A stretch of 64,000 bases of DNA from Pecten maximus (lineage: Eukaryota), in NCBI RefSeq assembly GCF_902652985.1, contig NC_047026.1, positions 36,456,001-36,520,000 on the forward strand, in the 5' to 3' direction. Under the pieces are notes generated by a model. It was not told the origin of the DNA. It saw only the letters and a program-made list of their open reading frames with translations, and ran no database searches. The translations under genes and the position numbers were made by a program. The number at the start of each line of letters is the position of its first letter. Positions within the stretch are counted from its first letter, which is position 1. Of this stretch, positions 40,336 through 52,163 are shown in pieces.

Positions 40336-43082
40336 CTGCAAACAGAAGGAAGATGTGTCAAACAGCGGACAGAGTATAAGGGCTGTGTATTGGTAAATAC
40401 AAGTGTGTAATGCAGCTTGCACATTCCGAGGAATGTGATCAGGCGAACGCAGTGACATGATCTTTTTTCCTAGCTAAGATGTCTAGCGAGAAAATTCGTA
40501 AATACTTAGTCACAAACAACACGCTAATGCTTTTTGTTCTGTAGAATAAATAACAAGTTAGAGCATTTTTTCACAAGTCAAAACAAACGGAAAGCATGCA
40601 ATATGTGCCTAGTGTCATGGATAAATCTGGCCCTGATCACTGAATGGCTTACTGCTGTCGTAACTATAGCGATTTCCGTAGTCGTGATATAGAGAGTTAC
40701 AGTGCATTTCTCAACAACACTGGTAAGACTGATGATTATCTATGTTGTGTGATACTAGACTTATTAAACTGGTAATCCATGTATGTTTTGTAATTCTAAA
40801 ATGACATCATGGTTGTTAATGTTGTTGATTGGAATCACATAATGAGTTTTATTTATGAAAGATTAGAGTGACGTAGAGGCATAGTTTTGTGTCATAAGGT
40901 AAAAATAGAAATTACACGTAAGATAATTTGATAAACGGCCTCATAGCTATCAGTAAATGAGGGGGTAATTCAAAACAACACGTCTGATAAACCACAAACA
41001 TTTTCATCTGTCATGATCAATGATTCCATTAACGTTTTTGCATTGTAGCGTAAATTACTCCGTATTGACATAATTCCTGAAGAGCGTGTGAAGTGTCAGC
41101 CGAGTGTTATCTACAGGTCGATGAATGAGGACATCATATGCAATATTGGTCAGAAGAAACCCCCAACAGCTTTGGATATTTCCTTTCTTGTACACTACTT
41201 TGAAACAGGAAAGCATTTTATACTCAATTTCCGTGACCTATAATTTCTCTCATATTCCTGTTTTGGTTTCTTTCATCATGCCTTATTAGGCAAAACCTTA
41301 GGTTTAGTGTTCAGTTTTAGGCGAGGAAGCACAAGGCTGGGGTCTATTCCTTGACCGAGACAATACCATGCCAATTAAACTACTACTGACTGTTTAGTAT
41401 GCAATTATGATATAAATTATCCCATTATCAATATGACCTAGTATGGTGGCAAGACGCACTAACCAGATATAATATTTTCTAGTGCGATAACACAGAAAAG
41501 GCGAGTTGCCTTCGTCATCTGGGGGTCGGGGACAACGTTGTGATAATTACAATAAAATAATAATTTAGGACTACATAGACGTTGTTATATAGACATCAAA
41601 AGTGCTTTAAATAGTAACAAGCAAATGATCGTAATTTCCCTAAAATAGAAAACCACGCTTCTACAGATTATACCTCATTGATAGCTTCTATAACGATAAA
41701 TGGAATTCATTCTCGACATAATGAGAAAGAGGCATAGTAACAGGCTAGTCTGTCATTGTGTTGGTCAGGTACCGGAGGTAAAATTAGACACTAAAGGAAG
41801 TTTGACCAGTGTCAATATCAGAAAATAAGTTCAGCATATAATAGGATGGTCAAAGCGTCATACGCGATTATCATGCAGTACGCAGTTAAACATCGCCAGA
41901 GAACATAGTCAGTAAATTCGTCAGTTTATCATAGAAAGATACGACGGGCTTTACTCGAAAGTTTCGCGATGTATCATACGCACATAAGAGTTACATTAAG
42001 TTCAGCAATGTATCGTGCAGAGACACAGACTTTTACTAGTATGTTTCGAAAGTATCACACACAAACATATTTTTGTTTACTGTACGGCTGATACATTTCA
42101 ACTAGAAGAGAAGATATGTTAAATATTTCCATTTCTTTTGACAAATAATACTTAAAAACAGAAATGTTTGCGGTTAAAACGACCATCTGCAACTAACTGT
42201 ATCTGCTACGCTATCCTTCCCGCCGAGTGCTATCATACAAAAATCCAACATTACAAGTTTGGATCAAATCCAAGCGCGGGAAAAATGCCAATTGAACACA
42301 GGCTGAATAACATATATGATTTGTGTGCGAGGTGGGTGTTTTATACGGTCCCTATACCCAGTAATACAACTTTGCTTTTTATGAAAGTTTTCTTTTATAC
42401 AGCTTTCTGGAAATTGAAAACAGCAAAATGATAGCACATAATGCGATCATTTCATATAGAAAGTAAACAATGACAGATCTCAAGGATCGTCCATGTACTG
42501 AAATAAAAACAAAATATACAACAATTTTTATGAGTTTAGATTTTACAGCATCTTTATTTTAAGCTATACGGGAGACAATCTGGGTTCTTTTGCAACTGCA
42601 GTCTTACAATACATTGGTCCATAACGACTGTTCGGAAACCCGTAATTTTACCTCAAAATCGAAGTTAATGGGGACAAAATCAAAATAAAGCCTTTCATGG
42701 AGACCTTTATAACAGTGTAATTATATCAACACAAGGCATTGCGAAAGGGTCAGCGTCTTTTGCTTCATCGATGACACCTAACGAATTAGTGTAAACAGGT
42801 TATAAGCGAGTTTTGTGCTATCTACTTTGAATTTTGACCATGATCCCAAAGAATTCATCTTGTCGCATGTCACGTGACTGGCGACAAATTTCACAAAATA
42901 AACTTGCAGCAAGCTTTGACGATATTTACACATAACCATCGACATACGTTATCTCAAATTATAGAAAAGAAACATGGCAGTTTGAAGATCGGTGAAAGTA
43001 AAGAAATTAAACCTCCACAATATCGGTATCATGAAGAATTGTCATTGCCATCTTTCGAAACATATTCTATAACGCTTAATTA

Positions 43083-43290
43083 GAAGTCTGGACATTCAAT
43101 TCGTCCTAACATACTGTCCGTAAAACTGAAGTCTGGGCATTCAATTCGTCCTAACACACTCTCCGTAAAACCGAAGTCTAGACATTCAATTCGTCATAAC
43201 ATACTATCCGTAGAACTCAAGTCTGGACATTTAATTCTTCATAGCATACCGTCAATAACACTGACTTCGTGACATTCAATCCTTCAAACA
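43083..43290. repeat. 45-bp tandem repeat, ~4-5 copies
   Basis: Unit GAAGTCTGGACATTCAATTCGTCCTAACATACTGTCCGTAAAACT. Period 45 (43083 to 43128). Confidence 0.85.
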
Positions 43291-43988
43291 ACACCGCCCG
43301 TAACGCTGAGGTCGCACCGGAAATGCATACATTCAAGCAAAATATACAACACAGTCCTTAACGCTGAAACCCGGCATTCGATCCCTCGTATACAGCCCGA
43401 ACTCACACAAAATGTCGGACCGTACTCACAACAACGTCTGTATAGCAGAAAACCATTGTTTGGACCATTCTCATGCCACATACGGTCCATCTCAAAGTAG
43501 GAAACCCGTCGTCAATCACTATCCCAAGATAGCAGGGCTCATGATCGTATCAAGATAAATCCGTTGTCAGAATCATTTGTCTCAGTAAGAGATAGCCTTC
43601 ATTCAGTCACCATGTCTTTTAACGCGACTACATGTACAAGAAAATGTTGCAGACATATTTTGTTCTTTTCGTTGGAAAAAATACGGAACATATTATTCGA
43701 CAGCCTAAATTTATCCTACATGATAGCACCGCGAACAGATTAAAGTTTTAAATAAAAAAGGTCAACGACACAGTCTGGGAAGCACGTCTAAGAAAAACAG
43801 TTTAAGCCTCCTAGTCAGAATAAAACACCTCATGAACAGTTCCAAAGAAGAAGTTTGGGGAGCATGTCCGAGATAGTGGTTTGCTGAGCACAAGCCATTT
43901 ATCAAACAAGTATGTGGACACACATCTTACAACAACGCAAGGGAAAATGGGTTCGGAAAAAATGGGTTCGGGAATGCACCTTTAACAA

Positions 43989-44617
43989 GGGCCCAGTTGT
44001 TCAAATGGTGGTTAGCGTAATTACGTAGTTAGTGAAAATAAAATTTCTCTTCACGTCAAAATATCTGTGTGTGTATTCCTAAAAATAGCAGATTGGAAAA
44101 GAATTAAGAGTGCTCTGATGTTTTTTTTTTATTATTAAGCATTGATGTCATTTTTTTTTTTAGTTTCATCGGGGTATGAAACAAATTTTGTTTGCAAACT
44201 GTATGAATCCGCGTAGCGGATTCTTACAGAAGTTTGCAAACAAAATTAGTTTCATACCCCGATGAAACTAAAAAATAATTGACATCAACGCTTATAATTA
44301 TTTTTTAACAATGGTTTTTTTAATTTAAAACATGTTTTATGTACAATTTTACTGGTTTTAAATGGGAATTCTTTTTCTCAAATCAATACGCAACGTCAAT
44401 TGTCGTATTGCGACGTCACATTTGTCGCGACATTCTCGGAATTTCTTTCATAGAAGAATGAAAAGAATTTTTCGACTAATCACATTTAAGTATTTACCAT
44501 GAAAACAAAGAAAAATTTATTATTCATTATTGAAGTTAGTTTTACCAAAAATGATTCTTGAATATATAATTGGTGTTAAACGGATTAGCCTAATCACCTT
44601 TTGAACAACTAGGTCCC
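43989..44617. mobile_element. MITE with GGGCCCAGTTGTTCAAA TIRs (PIF/Harbinger-like) hosting a nested hairpin cassette
   Basis: Left end GGGCCCAGTTGTTCAAATGGTGGTTAGCGTAAT, right end ATTAGCCTAATCACCTTTTGAACAACTAGGTCCC. Superfamily is inferred from TIR style only; no clean TSD. Confidence 0.7.
44131..44524 (+). mobile_element. Bipartite hairpin cassette (Crypton/Eulor-like)
   Basis: 159-bp palindrome at 44136-44294 (TAAGCATTGATGTCA...TGACATCAACGCTTA) followed by a ~230-bp module. TTATTATT direct repeat at both ends. Confidence 0.8.
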
Positions 44618-46439
44618 GTGATTATGCATAGAATATAATATAGAATATGTGTTTAACTGAATGTATTTTAAGTTGTGTATTAAGGCTAATGCTCGAATTT
44701 TACCCTTAACTTTCATATTAACAAACACTTGTAATTGGAATGCACAGCCTAGCTGGGTTGTGAATGTCTTTCCTTTCCAATATATTGTTATTATCACCAA
44801 CGTACAACAAGATTGTCACTATACGCATTAGTCAGGCCGTGAATGTCGCGTACAGTGTACATAAAAAGTGGTGAGAGCATTTGTTACACTTTAACCGCAA
44901 TGGACGATTTATCGTAACTGCTTCGTCTGTGGAACCACCGAAAACATGGGCCAGAACCTTAAAACAGAGGAATGCAGCTTAAATCTACAATTCCTTACTC
45001 ATCTGACGCTAACACAGTTTCATGCATGTGTAAACAACAACAAAATTCACAAAATTTGAATACTATGACTTCGAAAACCTCGTAGTTGAGAAAGGGTTTC
45101 GTTGATAGAATGAGTGGATTGACTCCAATATTCTTCCAACACTCCAAACACTTATCTGTAATTAGATATACTATTCTGTAGTGTTGTAGTGCTGTGTCGA
45201 AGCCTATCATAAGCCATTTCGTCTTTGATAAATATGAAATTAAAGTCGGTAAGCTTGGCGCAGAATAGTGCACAAAAATGGCAGGTACAGGTAAGTTTGC
45301 CAAGATGTAAGGAAGGTGTTATCAATGGGAATGGGAAGCACTTCATCTGATTGACGACATTGTGCCATGTTCAACGATAAACATGAAACTAGAGCTGGTT
45401 CATACAGATCGCACACGACGTAAGGTGTAAAGCAGGAAAGAGGTGGTCAAACGAAGGGAACTACCAAAGCCGAACGTATGGACCATCAATCTGACCAATC
45501 ACATGACACTGTAGTCACCAAGATATCAGACATCGTGTGACGTCGCAGGATCCCAAAACTGCTCATAAACTCCAATACTTTCAAATATTCTATATTGATA
45601 AATTGATATCTTATCTGGAAAGATCATATACGCAATGTGCCTACATTTAAGTTATGATAGCGACGCATTTTAATATACCTAAGAGAGATAAATTCACAAT
45701 GTGTTTCTATTTAGTTTCAAAATATTTCCGATGCATGTACATTTACAATGACTCTAATGCATCTTCTAAACCATCAACTCGGGGTTAATTGTAACAATGT
45801 GCATTTATGCATGCGTACGTTGGGGCCAGGTATACGGTGATTGACCAATAAGGATAATCGTTACAAAGAAGGTAATATAGTTGAATACTTATTTCTAGTA
45901 TTCAATGATTACGTTGAGTGATCGCATTGTGACGTCATGTGTATGCTATATTTATACTGGCGCTTCCTACGTCAATATTGTGTCTGCTCCCCTCCCAACC
46001 CCACCATTATATTTTGATAATGTATCACAGCCATCGGGTTGTTCAGTAAGTAGAGTTTCCACCAGAACGGCTATTTATAGATTGAACTGTGAAAACTCCA
46101 GTACAGGAAATCGCATTACGATATGATCATCACGTGACTATTGTCGTCATTGAGAAAAATGGAACGTTTACGATGCATCTCAGGTATTTGTGTCCGTCGT
46201 TGTTTCGCAACACCGAAATAAATTTTCCTACTACACGCCCTGCAGGCGAAAGTCAGCGTCAGTTGCTCAAATGATTTCCCGCCAATTCTCTTGTCAAACT
46301 AAGGAGGAAGCGTGTTCTTTTCAAATACCGTGCAGTGGACAACACCCTTTGATCCTACATCTAATGATGAAGTACTGCTTGTTTTTTTTTTTTCCATTCT
46401 CAAACGAACTAGACTGGAGAATATCATCACATTGTGTGT

Positions 46440-47335
46440 GTACATCTCACAGTCACGTGGAATTAGGACATAAATATCACCTTATACAATATACCACCAA
46501 CAACCTCACAACCACGTAGAAGGGGCATACATCACACCTTATATACAATATACCACCAACGTTCTCACAGTTACGTAGGGGAGGGGGCATAAATATTCCC
46601 TTACATACAATATACCACAACAAATCTCACAACCACGTCAGGGGTTTGGTTTGGTTTTATTTGTTTAACGTCCTATTAACAGCTAAGGTCATTTAAGGAC
46701 GGCGTCCCGTGGGTGCGACATGTATGCGTGTGGTGGATGCGTATGTGTGTTTTGGGAGGCTGCGGTATGTACGTGTTAAGTCTCCTTGTGATAGGCCGGA
46801 GCTTTTGCCGATTTATAGTGCTACCTCACTGAAGCATACTGCCGACGACACCCAGCAGGACATCCCATCCGGTCACATTATACTGACAACGGGCGAACCA
46901 GTCGTCCCACTCCCAAAATGCTGAGCGCTAAGCAGTGGTAGCAACTACCATTTTTAATGACTCTGATATGTCTTGGCCAGGGGATAGAACCCAAAGCCAG
47001 GGGCCAAACATCACACCTTATATGCAATATGCCACCACAAACTTCATAATTACATGTACGTAGGGGAGGGGGCATAAATATCCCCTTACTTACAATATAC
47101 CATCAAAAACCTCACAATCACGTACGGGGGTGGGTTTTGGGGTTGGAGTGGTGGTAGGGATGGGGATGGGTAGGCATAAATCATACTTTATATACAATAT
47201 ACCACCAACACGGTACACGGTAAACTATATCACAATCACGTACGGGGGTGGGGTTTGGTTGGGAGACAAACATCGCACCTTATATACAATATACCACCAA
47301 CAACCTCAAAATCAGGAAAGGGGCATAAAACTCAC
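46440..47335. repeat. Diverged ~60-bp tandem repeat (GGGGCATAAATATCACCTTATACAATATACCACCAACAACCTCACAACCACGT) interrupted by a SINE
   Basis: The CAATATACCACCA motif recurs about seven times across both sides of the SINE. Confidence 0.8.
46645..46997 (-). mobile_element. 5'-truncated Meta-domain-type tRNA SINE with 6-bp TSD
   Basis: Minus strand shows a B-box remnant GGGTTCTATCCC and a Meta-like core TAAAAATGGTAGTTGCTACCACTGCTTAGCGCTCAGCA...GTCAGTATAATGTGAC. Tail GTCCTTAAATGACCTTAGCTGTTAATAGGACGTTAAAC. CAGGGG at 46639-46644 and 46998-47003. Confidence 0.8.
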
Positions 47336-47340
47336 ATTAT

Positions 47341-47393
47341 TGTAGTAGGAGTGGGAAAATGCACGGCTAGACTGGGGTTCGAACCCCGGGACT
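47341..47393 (-). mobile_element. Short tRNA-related SINE 3' fragment
   Basis: Minus strand CCCGGGGTTCGAACCCCAGTCTAGCCG...CCTACTACA contains a B box / T-arm. No A box seen. Confidence 0.4.
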
Positions 47394-48580
47394 ATTTTGT
47401 TATCACGTGGTTCACTGCAATTTAATTTGCTAACACTTGAAGGCCACTTTGCGATGTCCTGGAAATAATAACGCAGTATTTTTGCTGTATCCTTGAACAT
47501 ATATATAGATTCTTATCAATTTATTGCTTTGAAAGAATAAACCTTTTATTTGTTTATGATTTTTTTTATAAATTGTAATATTGCCATACACTTTCGAATT
47601 TGTCAGTTTTGCATATTGATTAGCTGTATTTCAAATTAAGTCATATCTTTACACCACATTTGATATTGTGAAAAGAACACACGTTGACACAAAACAGGTT
47701 ACTTCATTCTAAGAATAGCTTTTCTATTGTGGTAGAAACAGGTCACTACGTAACTATGGGATCACCATACTTGTCTGCCCTATTTCCCCTAGCATCCTTC
47801 CTTCCTAGACACCAGAAACGTCACTATGGGATCAATATAAGTGTCTTCTCTCTCTCCCTTTACACCTTTGCTTCCTAGACATCACATACTTGATTATTCG
47901 ATCACTATAAGAGTTTTCCCTCCCCACAAACCGTACTACCACCATCATTACGCAGTCAATGGATGAACTACCAGAGATCAAAACAAACAATCGAGTGAGG
48001 AGCCAGTGGTTGTCTAACCTATACACTACCTGTCTATCTGTAGGTAAATGTCTGATCTACTATTTACCGCCTTACACTGTCCGTGATCAATCTAATAACG
48101 TACCATACACAAGGCGTTACTGCCAATGCTTTGACGTCTGATACTACAAACAGACCTCCTATGATGACGTCAGAAATGACGTCAGGCTTGAGCCGATTAG
48201 TATTTTACCACATCGTATCATTAAATTGTATTCGTTCTATTTCGTCATTAATTATTCCTTTGTGTTAGAAGAACACTGCAAAGATATATTTCCCCATAGC
48301 CCACCGTTTACATAATGCAATATATCAAAAGGAAATTTTAGCGGCCTTCGGCATTCATCATAATCATAATACGGTTCTTTTTTTTCTCTCCATCAGACGT
48401 TTTCGTCACAGACCAATATTCGTCATTTTAAAATAATGTTTTAAAGAAAAGGCGTAGTTGTGAAGAACGGTGTTCATTTATTGGAGTTATTAAAGACAGG
48501 TGTGTAGTGTCTGGTATACTTGGCAACAATAGGAAAATGATTCCTTGAAAAATACATTATCAGTGGGAGAATATGGAGAA

Positions 48581-50545
48581 ATACCTTCCATTGTATTGAT
48601 TAGGGTGAGAGGGTATCTTCCATTGTATTGATTAGGGTGAGAGGGTATCTTCCATTGTATTGTTCAGGATGAGAGGGTATCTTCCCTAGTATTGTTTAGG
48701 GTGAGAGGGTATCTTCCATTGTATTGTTTAGGATGAGAGGGTATCTACCCTAGTATTGTTTAGGATGAGAGGGTATCTTCCATTGTATTGTTTAGGATGA
48801 GAGGGTATCTTCCATTGTATTGTTTAGGATGAGAGGGTATCTTCCATTGTATTGTTTAGGATGAGAGGGTATCTTCCATTGTATTGGTTAGGATGAGAGA
48901 GAGGGTATCTTCCATTGTATTGTTTAGGGTGAGAGGGTATCTTCCATTGTATTGTTTAGGGTGAGAGGGTATCTTCCATTGTATTGTTTAGGGTGAGAGG
49001 GTATCTTCCATTGTATTGTTTAGGATGAGAGGGTATCTTCAATTGTATTGTTCAGGATGAGAGGGTATCTTCCCTTGTATTGTTTAGGATGAGAGGGTAT
49101 CTTCCATTGTATTGTTTAGGATGAGAGGGTATCTTCCATTGAATTGTATAGGACGAGAGGGTATCTACCATTGTATTGTTTAGGATGAGAGGGTATCTTC
49201 CATTGTATTGTTTAGGATGAGAGGGTATCTTCCATTGTATTGTTCAGGATGAGAGGGTATCTTCCCTAGTATTGTTTAGGGTGAGAGGGTATCTTCCATT
49301 GTATTGTTTAGGATGAGAGGGTATCTTCCATTGAATTGTTTAGGGTGAGAGGGTATCTACCATTGTATTGTTTAGGGTGAGAGGGTATCTTCCATTGTAT
49401 TGTTTAGGGTGATAGGATATCTTCCATTGAATTGTTTAGGGTGAGAGGGTATCTTCCATTGTATTTTTAGGATGAGAGGGTATCTTCCATTGTATTGTTT
49501 AGGGTGAGAGGGTATCTTCCATTGTATTGTTTAGGGTGAGAGGGTATCTTCCGTTGTATTGTTTAGGGTGAAAGGGTATCTTCCATTATATTGTTTAGGG
49601 TGAGAGGGTATCTTCCTTGTATTGTTTAGGGTGAGAGGGTATCTTCCATTGTATTGTTTAGGGTGAGAGGGTATCTTCCATTGTATTGTTTAGGGTGAGA
49701 GGGTATCTTCCCTAGTATTGTTTAGGGTGAGAGGGTATCTTCCATTGTATTGTTTAGGATGAGAGGGTATCTTCCATTGTATTGTTTAGGATGAGAGGGT
49801 ATCTTCCATTGTATTGTTTAGGATCAGAGGGTATCTTCCATTGTATTGTATAGGATGAGAGAGTATCTTCCATTCTATTGTTCAGTGTGAGAGGGTATCT
49901 TCCGTTGTATTGTTTAGGATGAGAGGGTATCTTCCATTGAATTGTTTAGGGTGAGAGGGTATCTTCCATTGTATTGTTTAGGGTGAGAGGGTATCTTTCA
50001 TTGTATTGTTTAGGGTGAGAGGGTATCTTCCTTGTATTGTTTAGGGTGAGAGGGTATCTTCCATTGAATTGTTTAGGATGAGAGGGTATCTTCCATTGAA
50101 TTGTTTAGTGTGAGAGGGTATCTACCATTGTATTGTTTAGGGTGAAAGGGTATCTTTCATTGTATTTTATAGGATGAGAGAGAGGGTATCTTCCTTGTAT
50201 TGTTTAGGATGAGAGGGTATCTTCCTTGTATTGTTTAGGATGAGAGGGTATCTACCATTGTATTGTTTAGGGTGAGAGGGTATCTACCATTGTATTGTTT
50301 ATGATGAGAGGGTATCTTCCATTGAATTGTTTAGGATGAGAGAGAGGGTATCTACCATTGTATTGTTTAGGATGAGAGGGTATCTTCCATTGTATTGTTA
50401 AGGATGAGAGGGTATCTTCCGTTGTATTGTTAAGGTTGAGAGGGTACTTTCTTTGTATTGTTTAGGGTGAGAGGGTATCTTCCCTTGTATTGTTAAGGTT
50501 GAGAGGGTACTTTCTTTGTATTGTTAAGGATGAGAGGATATCTTC
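48581..50545. repeat. 32-bp minisatellite (GAGAGGGTATCTTCCATTGTATTGTTTAGGRT)n, ~61 copies
   Basis: Period 32 (48781 to 48813). Confidence 0.97.
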
Positions 50546-50840
50546 CCTTGTATGATTTAGGGTATTTTTTTGTGTTTTTAGAATCAATGGAAAAGAGCTA
50601 CGTTCCCCTTATTTCGTTATGATAAAACCGCAGATATTATTGTGTTTCATTCAGACGTCGTAAAAAAGGTCGGCAATGATGCTTAGGATCAAACAAAACG
50701 ACAGAAGTATCTCAATTTAGGCCAAAAGAATTGTCCAAATCAGAATGCGATGGTACAACAATGCAATAAATGTCGTAATTTGCAATACAAGTACATGTGT
50801 ACGAATTAAAACGTGACATGCAGGTCAACCTTTTTATTTC

Positions 50841-52163
50841 ATTTAAGGAATGCAATTTATTTTTTCAACATTCATGAGGTCATTACAACATTGGCTTCTT
50901 GGCATATTCCATGAATCGCGTTAGCGATTTATGATATGTCCAAAAGCCAATGTCGTTATTTAAGCAATGAACGGTGGTTTTAATGTTGTTATAGTCGATA
51001 TGGAAGCAAGATGTATGGTGGGCAAATGGCACGGGAACTCCCATGCTACATTTGCCCACCATACATCTTGCTTCCATATCGACTTTAACCACATTAAAAC
51101 CACTGTTCAATACTTATATTTACATGTACATTGTCTTACCATTTTCGTCAACTTTGAAAATATCTAAACCAACACAAAAATCCAGCCTTTTTTTATGTCA
51201 CATGACCCACTGGGTGTTATAGCCTGAGGCACTGGGTGTTATAGGCGTATGTTGGCAACTGCCCCTTAGCATTGTCAATGGGGAAATGCGGAGCAAATGT
51301 AAATATTTAAGCATTGAACTGCTTCCATTTGGAAGTTATGGGCTGATGAATGCCAACTGCGCTTCATGTTGAATTTGCCTTTGTCCAGTTGGCATTCGTC
51401 AGCCTATAACTTGTAAATAAAAGCAGTTCAATGCTTATATTTACATTTGATAACGATTTTTGATATTCCTATATCCAGGAATTTTGATTCTACGATACAT
51501 GAACAAATTATTATCGTCAAAGACGGAACAGCCTTTTCAACAGCCATCTTTCGTTATCGCCGACGTAACAATTATGACATCACTATAGTAATGACGTCAT
51601 AATAAAGATTTGGAAGTTATGGACGCGTAACCTTCAAGTGAGCTTGGTAAAGTTATATAGTGGGGCTGCAGTTTAAATGCAAATATAATCTCATTAATGT
51701 TGAAAAAATGAATTGCATTCCTTGTATTCACATAAGGATTATTTCTGATTTTATCTGCTAAAACACCCAATAATTAAAAAAAAATGCATTTTTATGTTTG
51801 TACCCAGGAATGACGTCGCAAAGAGAACAGCCATTTTCGCGGGAAAATGTCAGACAGTTCTTGGCACGGACTTAACAACCGTCATTTAAGCATTGAACTG
51901 CTTTCACTTGGAAGTTATGGGCTGATGAATGCTAACTGGACAAAGGCAAATTTAATGAAGCGGGCGTCATTCTATTTATCTGTCACCCAGATTGCATTGA
52001 TCTTGCCAATAAATACAATCTACCAAGCGTTTAATTGTTAAATATAGAAACAACAGAAGCAAAAAATAGTTCGATCTACAACATTTATTCTGTGAAATTT
52101 CTGGAGTGATTTTTATGTTTTGAACGTTTAGAAGACCGTAGCAACATTAAATTTATGTAAATA
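50841..52163 (+). mobile_element. Nested/stacked cluster of at least four hairpin cassettes (A host; B and C in tandem; D hybrid)
   Basis: Hairpin A (50844-50957 + 51686-51724) is split by B (hairpin 50961-51116, ends 51305) and C (hairpin 51308-51437, ends 51685). D starts ATTTAAGCATTGAACTG at ~51884. The right boundary is uncertain. Confidence 0.8.

Noticed and set aside
48581-50545. Telomeric repeat (TTTAGGG/TTAGGG)
   Set aside because: The motif occurs once per 32-bp unit in only some variants and is never tandem.
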